Shown: positions 9,157 through 18,054, counted from the stretch's first letter. The stretch is DNA of 32,000 nt from Candidatus Saccharimonadota bacterium (GCF_004296535.1 NZ_AP018159.1:60001-92000), one strand, 5' to 3'. The notes: generated by a model from the sequence alone, not told the origin. Made by a program: numbers and translations.

Positions 9157-9185
9157 ATTATATAAAAATTAAAAATCTTTATCAA
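9157..9185 (-). promoter_or_regulatory. candidate sigma70 promoter of the Gly-Cys-Leu tRNA operon (TTGATA-N17-TATAAT)
   Basis: The reverse strand reads TTGATA (9185-9180), a 17-nt spacer, then TATAAT (9162-9157). The -10 element ends 15 nt upstream of the tRNA-Gly 5' end. The site lies in the 51-bp gap between dnaX and tRNA-Gly. TATAAT alone is common in this composition, so the G-containing -35 with exact spacing carries the signal. Confidence 0.4.
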
Positions 9186-9192
9186 TATTTTT

Positions 9193-10308
9193 TTAATTAT
9201 TAATAATATAAAATATTCTTATAAAAAATAAATTAAATCCTATTTTTTCATTAAAATAATAATTTATATATTTATTATACTTAAATAAATATTTTATAAA
9301 TAAATTTAAATTTTTAATAGAAGCATTATTAGATATATATAAAATTTTTTTTATATCATTTTCTGAATATAAAATAGGATTTATTATATAATTTTTATCT
9401 ATTTTTAACATAAATAATATATGTAATATATTTATAATATTAATAAATATATTATTATAATTAAATGTATATTTATTTATATAATTTATACATTTATTAA
9501 ATAAACATATATTATTTATAACAATAGAATTTATAATATCTAATAATAAATTAATATCACATATATTTAATATTTTATTTACAATATCAATATTAATTGT
9601 ATTATTATTAGATATTAATATACATTGTTCTAATATATTTAAAGAATTTCTAATACTACCATTTGAAAAAATTGATATATTATACAATGATTTTTTTGTA
9701 TATTTTATATTCTCATTATCTAATATAAAAACTAATCTTTTCACTATATCACAAATAGATATTTTTTCAAAATTTAGAACAATACATCTAGATAAAATAT
9801 TTTCTGGTATTTTTTTTATATCATTAGTAGCAAGTATAAATTTAATATAATTTGGAGGTTCTTCTAATGATTTTAATAATGCACTAAATCCTTGTTTAGA
9901 TAGAATATGTATTTCATCTATAAGATAAATCTTATACTTACTTTTAATAGGATAATATATTATATTTTCTAATAATAATTTTATATCATCTATGCTATTT
10001 TTTATAGCAGCATCAATTTCTATATAATCATAAAATTTATTTTCATTTATTAAAATACAATTTTCACATGTATTACAAGGGAAATTATTACTTTTTATTA
10101 ATAATTCATTAATATTAATACAATTAATAGATTTTACTAATAATCTAGCTATTGTAGTTTTACCTATTCCATTATACCCAGTAAATATATAAGAATGATG
10201 TATTTTTTTAAAAAAAATAGCATTTTTAAAATATTTTACTATGTTTTTTTGACCTATTATATCATTAAAAGTATTTGGTCTCCATTTTGTATATAAATTA
10301 TCATACAT
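9193..10308 (-). CDS. dnaX: DNA polymerase III clamp-loader ATPase DnaX, truncated to domains I-III
   Basis: 371 aa with KWRP..F..IIGQ, Walker A GYNGIGKTT, the zinc module CNTCENC, YLIDEIH, SALLKSLEEPP and the sensor SRC. The C-terminus NEKIGFNLFFIRIFYI aligns with the end of E. coli domain III (DRRMGVEMTLLRALAF). Confidence 0.9.
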   Translation of the reverse strand: MYDNLYTKWRPNTFNDIIGQKNIVKYFKNAIFFKKIHHSYIFTGYNGIGKTTIARLLVKSINCININELLIKSNNFPCNTCENCILINENKFYDYIEIDAAIKNSIDDIKLLLENIIYYPIKSKYKIYLIDEIHILSKQGFSALLKSLEEPPNYIKFILATNDIKKIPENILSRCIVLNFEKISICDIVKRLVFILDNENIKYTKKSLYNISIFSNGSIRNSLNILEQCILISNNNTINIDIVNKILNICDINLLLDIINSIVINNICLFNKCINYINKYTFNYNNIFINIINILHILFMLKIDKNYIINPILYSENDIKKILYISNNASIKNLNLFIKYLFKYNKYINYYFNEKIGFNLFFIRIFYIINN

Positions 10309-10340
10309 ATAATATATTTATAAATTATGAAAAATATTTA

Positions 10341-11411
10341 TTATTTTAATAAACTATTACATTGAGATCTATATCTTAATACATGATCCATTAAAACAAT
10401 AGATATCATAGATTCAATAACAGGAACGGCTCTTATACCAACACATGGATCATGTCTACCTTTTACTAAAATTTTAACATCATTGCCATATTTATCTATA
10501 GTATTTCCTTCTATAGATATACTTGATGTAGGTTTTATAGCAACATTTATTAATATATCTTGACCAGTACTTATACCTCCTAATATACCACCAGAATGAT
10601 TACTTAAAAACCCTTTTGAAGACATATTATCTCTATTTTCACTACCTTTTTGATAAATTACATTAAAACCATCACCTATTTCTATACCTTTTACAGCATT
10701 TATGCTCATAATAGCATGAGATAAATCAGCATCTAACTTATCAAAAACTGGTTCTCCAAGTCCATATGGAACATTTGTAATAACAACACTAACTTTAGCT
10801 CCTATAGAGTCTCCATTTTCTCTTAATTTATTTATTAAATTTGATAAATCATTTATTATGTAATCATTAGGACAAAAAAAATCATTTAAATTTATATACT
10901 TCCAATCTAAAAATTCACAATTTATATTTCCAATTTGTGATATATACCCTTTTATTTCTGTATTAAATACATTTTTTAAATATTTTTTTGCTATAGCTCC
11001 TGCAGCTACTCTAATTACAGTTTCTCTAGCCGATGATCTACCACCACCTCTATAATCTCTATGTCCATATTTAATAGAATATGTATAATCTGCATGACCA
11101 GGTCTATATATATCTTTTATATTATTATAATCTTCAGATTTAAAATCATTATTTTTAACTAAGATACCTATACTTGCTCCTGTAGTCATTCCATTATATA
11201 AACCAGATAATATTTCTATTTTATCATTTTCTTTTCTATATGATGTATATTTTGAATTTCCAGGTTTTCTTCTATCTAATTCTTTTTGAATATCTGATTC
11301 AGATAAATAAAATTTAGGAGGCATTCCATCAATTATTCCACCTAAAGCAATTCCATGTGATTCGCCAAATGTTGAAACTTTAAATATTTTACCAAAACTA
11401 TTTCCTGACAT
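10341..11411 (-). CDS. aroC: chorismate synthase
   Basis: 356 aa, collinear with E. coli AroC almost throughout ([66 protein letters not shown]). Confidence 0.95.
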   Translation of the reverse strand: MSGNSFGKIFKVSTFGESHGIALGGIIDGMPPKFYLSESDIQKELDRRKPGNSKYTSYRKENDKIEILSGLYNGMTTGASIGILVKNNDFKSEDYNNIKDIYRPGHADYTYSIKYGHRDYRGGGRSSARETVIRVAAGAIAKKYLKNVFNTEIKGYISQIGNINCEFLDWKYINLNDFFCPNDYIINDLSNLINKLRENGDSIGAKVSVVITNVPYGLGEPVFDKLDADLSHAIMSINAVKGIEIGDGFNVIYQKGSENRDNMSSKGFLSNHSGGILGGISTGQDILINVAIKPTSSISIEGNTIDKYGNDVKILVKGRHDPCVGIRAVPVIESMISIVLMDHVLRYRSQCNSLLK

Positions 11412-11591
11412 AAAACACCAATAATTAGTTATTTATATATATATTAATAATATACATCATTAATATAATTAATTCAATTAATTATATAAAATATAATATT
11501 TTTAAAAATAATAATATTATGTAATAATATATATATAAAATTACTTTTATTATTTTTAAATTATTTTTTTTAAAAAAAATATATATAAATT

Positions 11592-12089
11592 ATGTCTATA
11601 GTAAATAAACAAGCACCAAATTTTATAGCTTCTGCTATATTAAAAAATAACAAAATAGTAAATAATTTTAATTTTAAAAATTATTTAAATAAAAAAATAG
11701 GAATATTATTTTTTTGGCCTATGAGTTTTTTAAATATATATTTAGAAGAAATGATATTTTTTAATAAAAACTACAATAAACTTTTAGAAAATAATGCAAA
11801 AATTATAGGAATATCATGCGATTCAGAATTTGCTAATTTAAAATGGAAAAATATTATAAAAAAAAACAATAAAATAGGGAATATAAATTTCCCAATAGTA
11901 TCTGATAAAAAAAGAGAAATAATTAGATTTTATAATATAGAAAATGAAAACACAGGAATGGCATTAAAATCTATTTTTATAATAGATAAATGTAATATAA
12001 TAAGATTTGAGTTAATACAATATAATATATTTTTTAAAATAAATATAATAAGTATTTTAAATATAATAAATTTTTTAAATAAGAAATAA
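11592..12089 (+). CDS. ahpC: 2-Cys peroxiredoxin (AhpC/Tsa) homolog that has lost its catalytic residues; intact ORF, possibly a decaying gene
   Basis: 165 aa with a clear Prx fold signature (QAPNF, ILFFWPM, ISCDSEF, FPIVSD, ALKSIFIID). The active-site block DFTFVCP reads SFLNIYL (Cys to Tyr50, codon TAT at 11739-11741), the conserved Arg is Lys125, and the ORF ends before the resolving-Cys region. Confidence 0.75.
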   Translation: MSIVNKQAPNFIASAILKNNKIVNNFNFKNYLNKKIGILFFWPMSFLNIYLEEMIFFNKNYNKLLENNAKIIGISCDSEFANLKWKNIIKKNNKIGNINFPIVSDKKREIIRFYNIENENTGMALKSIFIIDKCNIIRFELIQYNIFFKINIISILNIINFLNKK

Positions 12090-12107
12090 AATAATATTAA
12101 ATTTTAT

Positions 12108-12468
12108 ATGATACTAAAATAGTCGCTTATTTTTTTTTTATAAATAAGAGGAAAGTCCGGACTCCAAGAGCAATGATGCCAGATAACGTCTGGAAGATGA
12201 AAATCTATGACAAGTGCAGCAGAAAATATACCGCTTTTATAAAAAAAAGTAAGGGTGAAATGGTATGGTAAGAGCATACCTTTAATTTTTGGTAACAAAA
12301 TTTAAAATGTAAACTTCCATCAGGAGAAAGACTAAAAATAAGTTTTTACTGCTCGTAATATTTTTTTATTTAAAAAAATAAACTTTAGGTAAGTCGATTG
12401 AATTAATATGTGAATATTAATCTAGATTAATGACTATTTTAAACAGAATCCGGCTTAACAGTATTCTA
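12108..12468 (+). ncRNA. rnpB: RNase P RNA (type A, reduced and AU-rich)
   Basis: Plus-strand universal core elements are present: GAGGAAAGTCCGG (12148-12160), GCAGAAAATATACCGC, AAGGGTGAAA, GGTAAGAGC, and 3' ACAGAATCCGGCTTA (12443-12457), which pairs with the 5' core to form P4. A terminal P1 is possible between ~12110-12115 and ~12460-12466. End coordinates are approximate (+/-10 nt). Confidence 0.9.
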
Positions 12469-12509
12469 ATTAATTTTTAATATTATTTTTTTTCTAAAAA
12501 AAAATTTTT

Positions 12510-13082
12510 ATGAATTTTATAATTTTAAAACTTTTTGTTATTTTATCATTATTTTTAAATGGAATTAATAAAACTTTTTATACTATTTCTTTTTCTTTAA
12601 TAACCAAATTTATTTTAGATAATAGAAATTTAAAAAATAAAATAAAAAACAATATATTAAAAAATAAAATCATATTTTTAATAAAAAAAAATAAAAAAAT
12701 AAATAATATAAAAATATCAATAATATTAAATAATAATATATTATTAATTTTAGGAAATATAAATAATATTAAAAATTTAAAAATTATAGAAAATATTTTA
12801 AATAATAATATAAACAATGATATAAATATATATAATAAAACTATTTGTAAAAAAAGTAATTACATATCTGAAATAAATGATATATTATTAAAATTTAAAA
12901 TATATAAAAATATTATTATAAATAAAAAAATTTATTTATTAAAAAATAAAATATATGTACATAACAATAAAATTTATATATTTATATTTAAAAATGATAT
13001 TAAAAATTTAAATAACTTAAATGAAATATTAAATAATTTTAAAAATAATAAAATATTTTTTAATAAAAATATTATCTTTTAG
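12510..13082 (+). CDS. diverged secreted two-repeat protein, putative BON-domain DolP (YraP)-like
   Basis: 190 aa (E. coli DolP is 191 aa as I recall). It has an N-terminal hydrophobic signal, MNFIILKLFVILSLFLNG, and two internal modules with the BON-like pattern (ISIILNNNILLILGNINN...ENILNN..N.DINIYN and NKIYVHNNKIYIFIFKNDIKN...EILNNFKNNKIFFN). The assignment rests on length, architecture and remembered sequence only. Confidence 0.4.
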   Translation: MNFIILKLFVILSLFLNGINKTFYTISFSLITKFILDNRNLKNKIKNNILKNKIIFLIKKNKKINNIKISIILNNNILLILGNINNIKNLKIIENILNNNINNDINIYNKTICKKSNYISEINDILLKFKIYKNIIINKKIYLLKNKIYVHNNKIYIFIFKNDIKNLNNLNEILNNFKNNKIFFNKNIIF

Positions 13083-13467
13083 AAAATTGAATTCTTTTTC
13101 TAGATTTTTTAAAACCAAATTTTTTTCTTTCTACTTTTCTAGAATCTCTAGTAATTAATTTATTTTTTTTAAGTATACTTTTATAATTTATATCATAATT
13201 TAATAAAGCTTTTGATATTCCATGTCTTATAGAATATATTTGTCCAAATTCACCACCTCCTTTTACTGTTATTAAAATATCAAATTTTTTTAAATCAAGA
13301 TTAACTATTTTAATTGGATAAATTATAATATTTTCTTTTATAAAATTATTTCTACAAAAAATATCAATTTTTTTATTATTAATAACAAAATTACCATTAC
13401 CATTTTTTATAAATACTCTAGATATAGCATTTTTTCTTTTACCTGTTCCATAAAAATAATTTTTCAT
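13072..13467 (-). CDS. rpsI: 30S ribosomal protein S9
   Basis: 131 aa with YGTGKRK..ARV, V.GGG..GQ..AIRHGI..AL and the C-terminal RKK.G..KARK..QFSKR pattern. Directly downstream of rplM. Confidence 0.95.
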   Translation of the reverse strand: MKNYFYGTGKRKNAISRVFIKNGNGNFVINNKKIDIFCRNNFIKENIIIYPIKIVNLDLKKFDILITVKGGGEFGQIYSIRHGISKALLNYDINYKSILKKNKLITRDSRKVERKKFGFKKSRKRIQFSKR

Positions 13468-13478
13468 ATATTATTATA

Positions 13479-13916
13479 TTATATTTTAATAATTGTTGGA
13501 TTTTGTGAAATATGATTATGATTAGAATATTTATATACCTTTAATTTATTAATAAATATTTTTTTTAATTTATTTCTAGGTAACATATTTTTTACAGCAT
13601 TTATTAAAACTAAATTACTATTTTTTAAAAATAAATCTTTCAAAATATATGTTTTTAAATTACCTATATAACCACTATGTCTATAATATTTTTTTTTATT
13701 TAATTTATTTCCAGAAAATATAATTTTTGAAGAATTTATAACTATAATATAATCACCATTATCTATATTATTTTTATAATTTGATTTATGTTTTCCTTGT
13801 AATATAATCGATATTTTACTAGCTAATCTTCCTAATATATAATTGTTAGCATCTAATATATACCATTTTTTCTTATCATTACTTATAGTCTTTGTAAAAC
13901 TTTCATTAAAAAACAT
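13479..13916 (-). CDS. rplM: 50S ribosomal protein L13
   Basis: 145 aa with KKWYILDANNYILGRLASKISIILQGKHK, YYRHSGYIGNLK and AVKNMLP blocks. rplM-rpsI operon order. Confidence 0.95.
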   Translation of the reverse strand: MFFNESFTKTISNDKKKWYILDANNYILGRLASKISIILQGKHKSNYKNNIDNGDYIIVINSSKIIFSGNKLNKKKYYRHSGYIGNLKTYILKDLFLKNSNLVLINAVKNMLPRNKLKKIFINKLKVYKYSNHNHISQNPTIIKI

Positions 13917-14050
13917 AATACTTTATTAAGTTAATTTAATTTAAAAAAAATAAACAATTTAATATTATTAATTTCATAATAAATACAATTTAATATATAA
14001 TAAAACTAATCATAAAATAAAAAATAAAAAATTTTTAATTTTGTATAATT

Positions 14051-15406
14051 ATGAAATATTTAAAGTTTAAATTAATTTTAATTATAATATATTTTTTTAT
14101 AAATTCAAAAAATTTAGCATATTCTTATTTTTTAAATAATAGTTTATCTAATATAGTTGACGAAACTTCTCCGTCTGTAGTTAGTATATATACTATAAAT
14201 AGAAAAAAAATATACATTGATATACCTAAAGAATTTAAATTTTTTTTTGGAGAAAATATTTTTAATAAAAGAAACTATAATAAAAAATATTTTGAAGGAT
14301 TAGGATCTGGAGTAATAATAGATTCTAAAAATAAATATATTATAACTAATAATCATGTAGTAAATAATGCTAGCAAAATAAAAATAAAATTTTACGATGG
14401 GAAAGAGTTTGATGCAAATATAATAGGAAATGATTATATATATGATATAGCTTTATTAAAAGTAAATATAAAAAATTCTAATTATTTATTAAAAGAAATA
14501 AAATTTTGTAATTCAGATTTAATAAAAGTTGGAGATTTAGCTATAGCAATAGGTAATCCATTTGGATTAGGTCAAACTGTAACATCAGGAATAGTTTCAG
14601 CATTGGGAAGAAAAGGGTTAAATATAATAAATGGATTAGAAAATTTTATACAAACAGACGCTTCTATAAATAAAGGCAACTCTGGTGGAGCGTTATTAAA
14701 TGTAAAAGGCGAACTAATAGGAATAAATACAGCAATTCTTACTCCAAATGGATGTAATATAGGTATAGGATTTGCTATACCAAGTAATACAATAAAAAAA
14801 TTAAGTACTCAATTAATAAAATATGGAAATATAAAAAGAGGTTATATTGGAATAAAATGTATAGAGTTAAATAATAAAACTTCTAATATATTAAAAACAA
14901 ATATTATAAATGGAATATTTGTAAATGAAGTAATTAAAAATTCTCCTGCTGAAAAATATGGAATAAGGTCTGGAGATGTAATTGTTACTATAAATAATAA
15001 AAAAATAAATAATCTTTTTGAATTAAAATCCTTAATTAATTTAACTTTTATAAATGAAATTTTAAAATTTAAAATTTTAAGAAATAATAAATTTAAAATT
15101 ATACATTTAAAATTATGTAAAAATAAAAATAAGCATAAAAAAACAATTTATCCAATGTTTAATGAAATTTTTTTAAAAAAAATACTAAAAAACAAAAATA
15201 AATTAATTAAAATAATAGATATAAAAAATAATTCAAAATTATATAAAATTGGTATAAGAAAAAATGATTTTATAATAAAAATTAATAATTTTGTTATTAA
15301 TAATATAAGACAATTAAAAAAAATAGTAAATGATAAAATTGTGATAAATTATATATATATATTAAGAAATGGAAATAAAATTTTATTCTTTATCAAAAAT
15401 AATTAA
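14051..15406 (+). CDS. degQ: periplasmic Do-family (HtrA) serine endoprotease, DegQ-like
   Basis: 451 aa with a signal peptide and the catalytic triad His (TNNHVV), Asp (DIALLK) and Ser (GNSGGALLN), plus two PDZ-like C-terminal regions. Blocks IPKEFKFFFG...FEGLGSGVII, GLGQT and GLENFIQTDASIN resemble E. coli DegQ more than DegP. Its position next to rplM matches E. coli rplM-(zapE-yhcB)-degQ. Confidence 0.85.
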   Translation: MKYLKFKLILIIIYFFINSKNLAYSYFLNNSLSNIVDETSPSVVSIYTINRKKIYIDIPKEFKFFFGENIFNKRNYNKKYFEGLGSGVIIDSKNKYIITNNHVVNNASKIKIKFYDGKEFDANIIGNDYIYDIALLKVNIKNSNYLLKEIKFCNSDLIKVGDLAIAIGNPFGLGQTVTSGIVSALGRKGLNIINGLENFIQTDASINKGNSGGALLNVKGELIGINTAILTPNGCNIGIGFAIPSNTIKKLSTQLIKYGNIKRGYIGIKCIELNNKTSNILKTNIINGIFVNEVIKNSPAEKYGIRSGDVIVTINNKKINNLFELKSLINLTFINEILKFKILRNNKFKIIHLKLCKNKNKHKKTIYPMFNEIFLKKILKNKNKLIKIIDIKNNSKLYKIGIRKNDFIIKINNFVINNIRQLKKIVNDKIVINYIYILRNGNKILFFIKNN

Positions 15407-16661
15407 AATATAAAATATTTATTCCTATAGATTTTAATTTATAAAATATATTTTCATATCCTCTATCTATATAATCTCCTTTATCTATTATAACAGATTG
15501 CCCTATTGCATAAGTTCCTGCTAATATTAATGACATAGAACATCTTAAATCTTTAGCATATATTGTTTTACCAAATATATTATTTACACCTGTACATAAT
15601 ATTTTAAAATTTGATAATATTTTTATATTAGCTCCCATATTTATTAACTCATTTACATGAGAAAATCTATTAAAAAATATATTCTCTGTTATATATGATA
15701 TTTTATTATTATTTATAATATTTAAATTTGTAAATATAGGTTGTAAATCTGTTGGAAATTCTGGATATACATTACTACTAAAAGTTACAGGTTTATGTTT
15801 TTTATACATAGATATATATATATAATCATTTCCTGTTTTAATATTAGCTCCAGAAATTTTTAATACATCTATTATTTTTGTAAGATATTTGTTATTAGTA
15901 TTTAAACAATATAAACTTCCTTTATTTAGTACACAAGATAATAAAAATGTTCCTGTTTCTATTCTGTCTGATAAAACTTTATATACACCTCCATATAATT
16001 TTTTAACACCATAAATTATTAAAGTATTATTAATAATATTTATATTTGCCCCTATTGTATTTAAAAAATTTATTGTATCTATTACCTCAGGTTCAGTCGA
16101 AACATTATTTATTATAAATTTTCCATAAGACAAAACTGATAAAAAAATTGCATTTAATGTTACTCCTACACTTATTTTTTTTATATATATCTTTTTATTA
16201 GTTATTTTTTTAAACATTTTTAATTCAATATATTTTTTATTTAAATTTATAATTTTTATATTAAAATCTTTAAAAACTTTAATATGTAAATCTATAGGCC
16301 TTTTACAAAAATTACAACCTCCAGGAAATGAAATTTTAACTTCTCCAAATCTTAATAATATTGAAGGTATAATATTAATAGAAGAACGTATTAATTTAGA
16401 TAAATATAACGGTATTATATTTTTATTTATATTTTTATTATTTATATAAAGATTTGAATTTATAAAATTTATTTTAGAACCTAATAATTTTAAAATTTTT
16501 AGTAAAACATTTATATCTTTTATATTAGGGATATTTTTAATTAAAATATCTTCATTTGATAATAAAGAAGATATTATTATTGATAATGATGAATTTTTAG
16601 ATCCTGATATTTTTACATCTCCATTTACTTTATTTCCTCCATACACAAATATTTTTTTCAT
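15393..16661 (-). CDS. murA: UDP-N-acetylglucosamine 1-carboxyvinyltransferase
   Basis: 422 aa with GSKNSSL and the active-site loop PGGCNFCKRPIDLH (retains the Cys115 equivalent). Its 3' end overlaps the degQ 3' end by 14 nt (convergent). Confidence 0.9.
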   Translation of the reverse strand: MKKIFVYGGNKVNGDVKISGSKNSSLSIIISSLLSNEDILIKNIPNIKDINVLLKILKLLGSKINFINSNLYINNKNINKNIIPLYLSKLIRSSINIIPSILLRFGEVKISFPGGCNFCKRPIDLHIKVFKDFNIKIINLNKKYIELKMFKKITNKKIYIKKISVGVTLNAIFLSVLSYGKFIINNVSTEPEVIDTINFLNTIGANINIINNTLIIYGVKKLYGGVYKVLSDRIETGTFLLSCVLNKGSLYCLNTNNKYLTKIIDVLKISGANIKTGNDYIYISMYKKHKPVTFSSNVYPEFPTDLQPIFTNLNIINNNKISYITENIFFNRFSHVNELINMGANIKILSNFKILCTGVNNIFGKTIYAKDLRCSMSLILAGTYAIGQSVIIDKGDYIDRGYENIFYKLKSIGINILYFNYF

Positions 16662-16768
16662 ATTAATATATTAAAATTTTATAATTTTATAACTAAAATA
16701 TATTATATTATATATATAATAAATAATATAATAATAAAAAATATTAAATATTAATTTAATATAAAATT

Positions 16769-18022
16769 ATGAAAAAAAAAAAAATAAATAATAAAATATA
16801 TGATAATAAAATTTTTGATTTAATAAATAAAGAATATATAAGACAAAAAAATCAAATAAATTTGATTGCATCGGAAAGTTACTCATCAATAGATGTTATG
16901 AAAGCGCAAGGATCATGTTTAACAAATAAATATTCTGAAGGATATCCTAATAAAAGATATTATGAAGGATGTAAATATGTAGATGAAATAGAAAAAATAG
17001 CAATTATGAGAGCAAAAAAAATATTTGATTGCGATTATGTAAATGTTCAACCACATTCAGGATCACAAGCAAATTTAGCAGTATATAATTCTTTATTAAA
17101 CATAGGAGATACTGTCTTAAGTATGGATTTAAAACATGGAGGTCATTTAACACATGGTTCAATATTTAATATATCAAGTAAATTATATAATTTTAAATAT
17201 TATAAATTAAATAAAAAAGGAGAAATAAATTATAACAATATATACAAATTATCAAAATTATATAAACCAAAAATGATAATAGCTGGTTCTTCATCTTTTT
17301 CTGGTATAATTGATTGGAAAAAAATAAGTAATATTGCAAAAAAATTTAATTCTTATTTTTTTGTTGATATGTCTCATATTGCTGGATTAGTTGCAGCCAA
17401 AATTTATCCTAATCCTATTTATTTTGCAGATATAGTATCATCCACAACACATAAAACATTATCAGGACCAAGAGGTGGAATTATTTTATCAAAAAATAAA
17501 GATATAAGTTTTTATAATAAAATAGATAAATCTGTATTTCCTGGAATACAAGGTGGTCCTTTAATGCATGTTATAGCAGCAAAAGCTATATGTTTTAAAG
17601 AAGCTATGTCCAATAAATACATAATATATCAAAAAAATATTATAAAAAATATAAAACAAATGGCAAATATTTTTAAAAATAGAAATATAAAATTAGTATC
17701 TGATTCTATAGAAAGTAATTTATTATTATTAGATTTAAGAAAATATAATTTAACAGGATTAGAAATATCCAATATATTAAATAATTATAATATAATAGTT
17801 AACAAAAATTTAATACCAAATGATAAATTAAATTCTAATATAACATCGGGAATTAGAATAGGAACAACATCTATAACAAGAAGAAATATAACACCTAAAT
17901 ATATAAATATAATAACAAATATTATTTGCAATATAATTACAGATATAAAATATAGAAATAAAATAAATAATAATTTTAAAAAAATAATTTATAATATATG
18001 CAAAAAATTTCCAATATATTAA
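16769..18022 (+). CDS. glyA: serine hydroxymethyltransferase
   Basis: 417 aa with LIASESY, NKYSEGYPNKRYYEGC, VQPHSGSQAN and the PLP-lysine block TTHKTLSGPRGG. Confidence 0.95.
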   Translation: MKKKKINNKIYDNKIFDLINKEYIRQKNQINLIASESYSSIDVMKAQGSCLTNKYSEGYPNKRYYEGCKYVDEIEKIAIMRAKKIFDCDYVNVQPHSGSQANLAVYNSLLNIGDTVLSMDLKHGGHLTHGSIFNISSKLYNFKYYKLNKKGEINYNNIYKLSKLYKPKMIIAGSSSFSGIIDWKKISNIAKKFNSYFFVDMSHIAGLVAAKIYPNPIYFADIVSSTTHKTLSGPRGGIILSKNKDISFYNKIDKSVFPGIQGGPLMHVIAAKAICFKEAMSNKYIIYQKNIIKNIKQMANIFKNRNIKLVSDSIESNLLLLDLRKYNLTGLEISNILNNYNIIVNKNLIPNDKLNSNITSGIRIGTTSITRRNITPKYINIITNIICNIITDIKYRNKINNNFKKIIYNICKKFPIY

Positions 18023-18054
18023 AATGTAAAAAAAAAATAAATTAATATTTTGAA

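Noticed and set aside
11412-11591. Hidden small RNA or small ORF in the larger spacers (11412-11591, 13917-14050, 16662-16768, 18023-18195, 25826-25935, 28497-28609)
   Set aside because: These spacers are almost devoid of G/C. They show no tRNA-like, tmRNA, 4.5S or 6S conserved motifs and no ORFs with start context. They sit between divergent or tandem genes and are most simply promoter or leader DNA.
12104-12298. 64-aa reverse ORF in the ahpC-DolP-like interval
   Set aside because: The region is the plus-strand RNase P RNA, whose conserved rnpB core motifs are present. The ORF is antisense to a structural RNA.
12578-12817. 79-aa reverse ORF inside the DolP-like ORF
   Set aside because: It is a mirror-frame low-complexity product. 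The plus-strand ORF is longer, has a signal peptide and has repeat architecture.
14030-14050. TATAAT (with upstream TG) immediately before the degQ ATG as a promoter
   Set aside because: The hexamer ends 1 nt before the start codon, so a transcript initiated from it would lack the ATG. TATAAT is expected frequently by chance in this composition.
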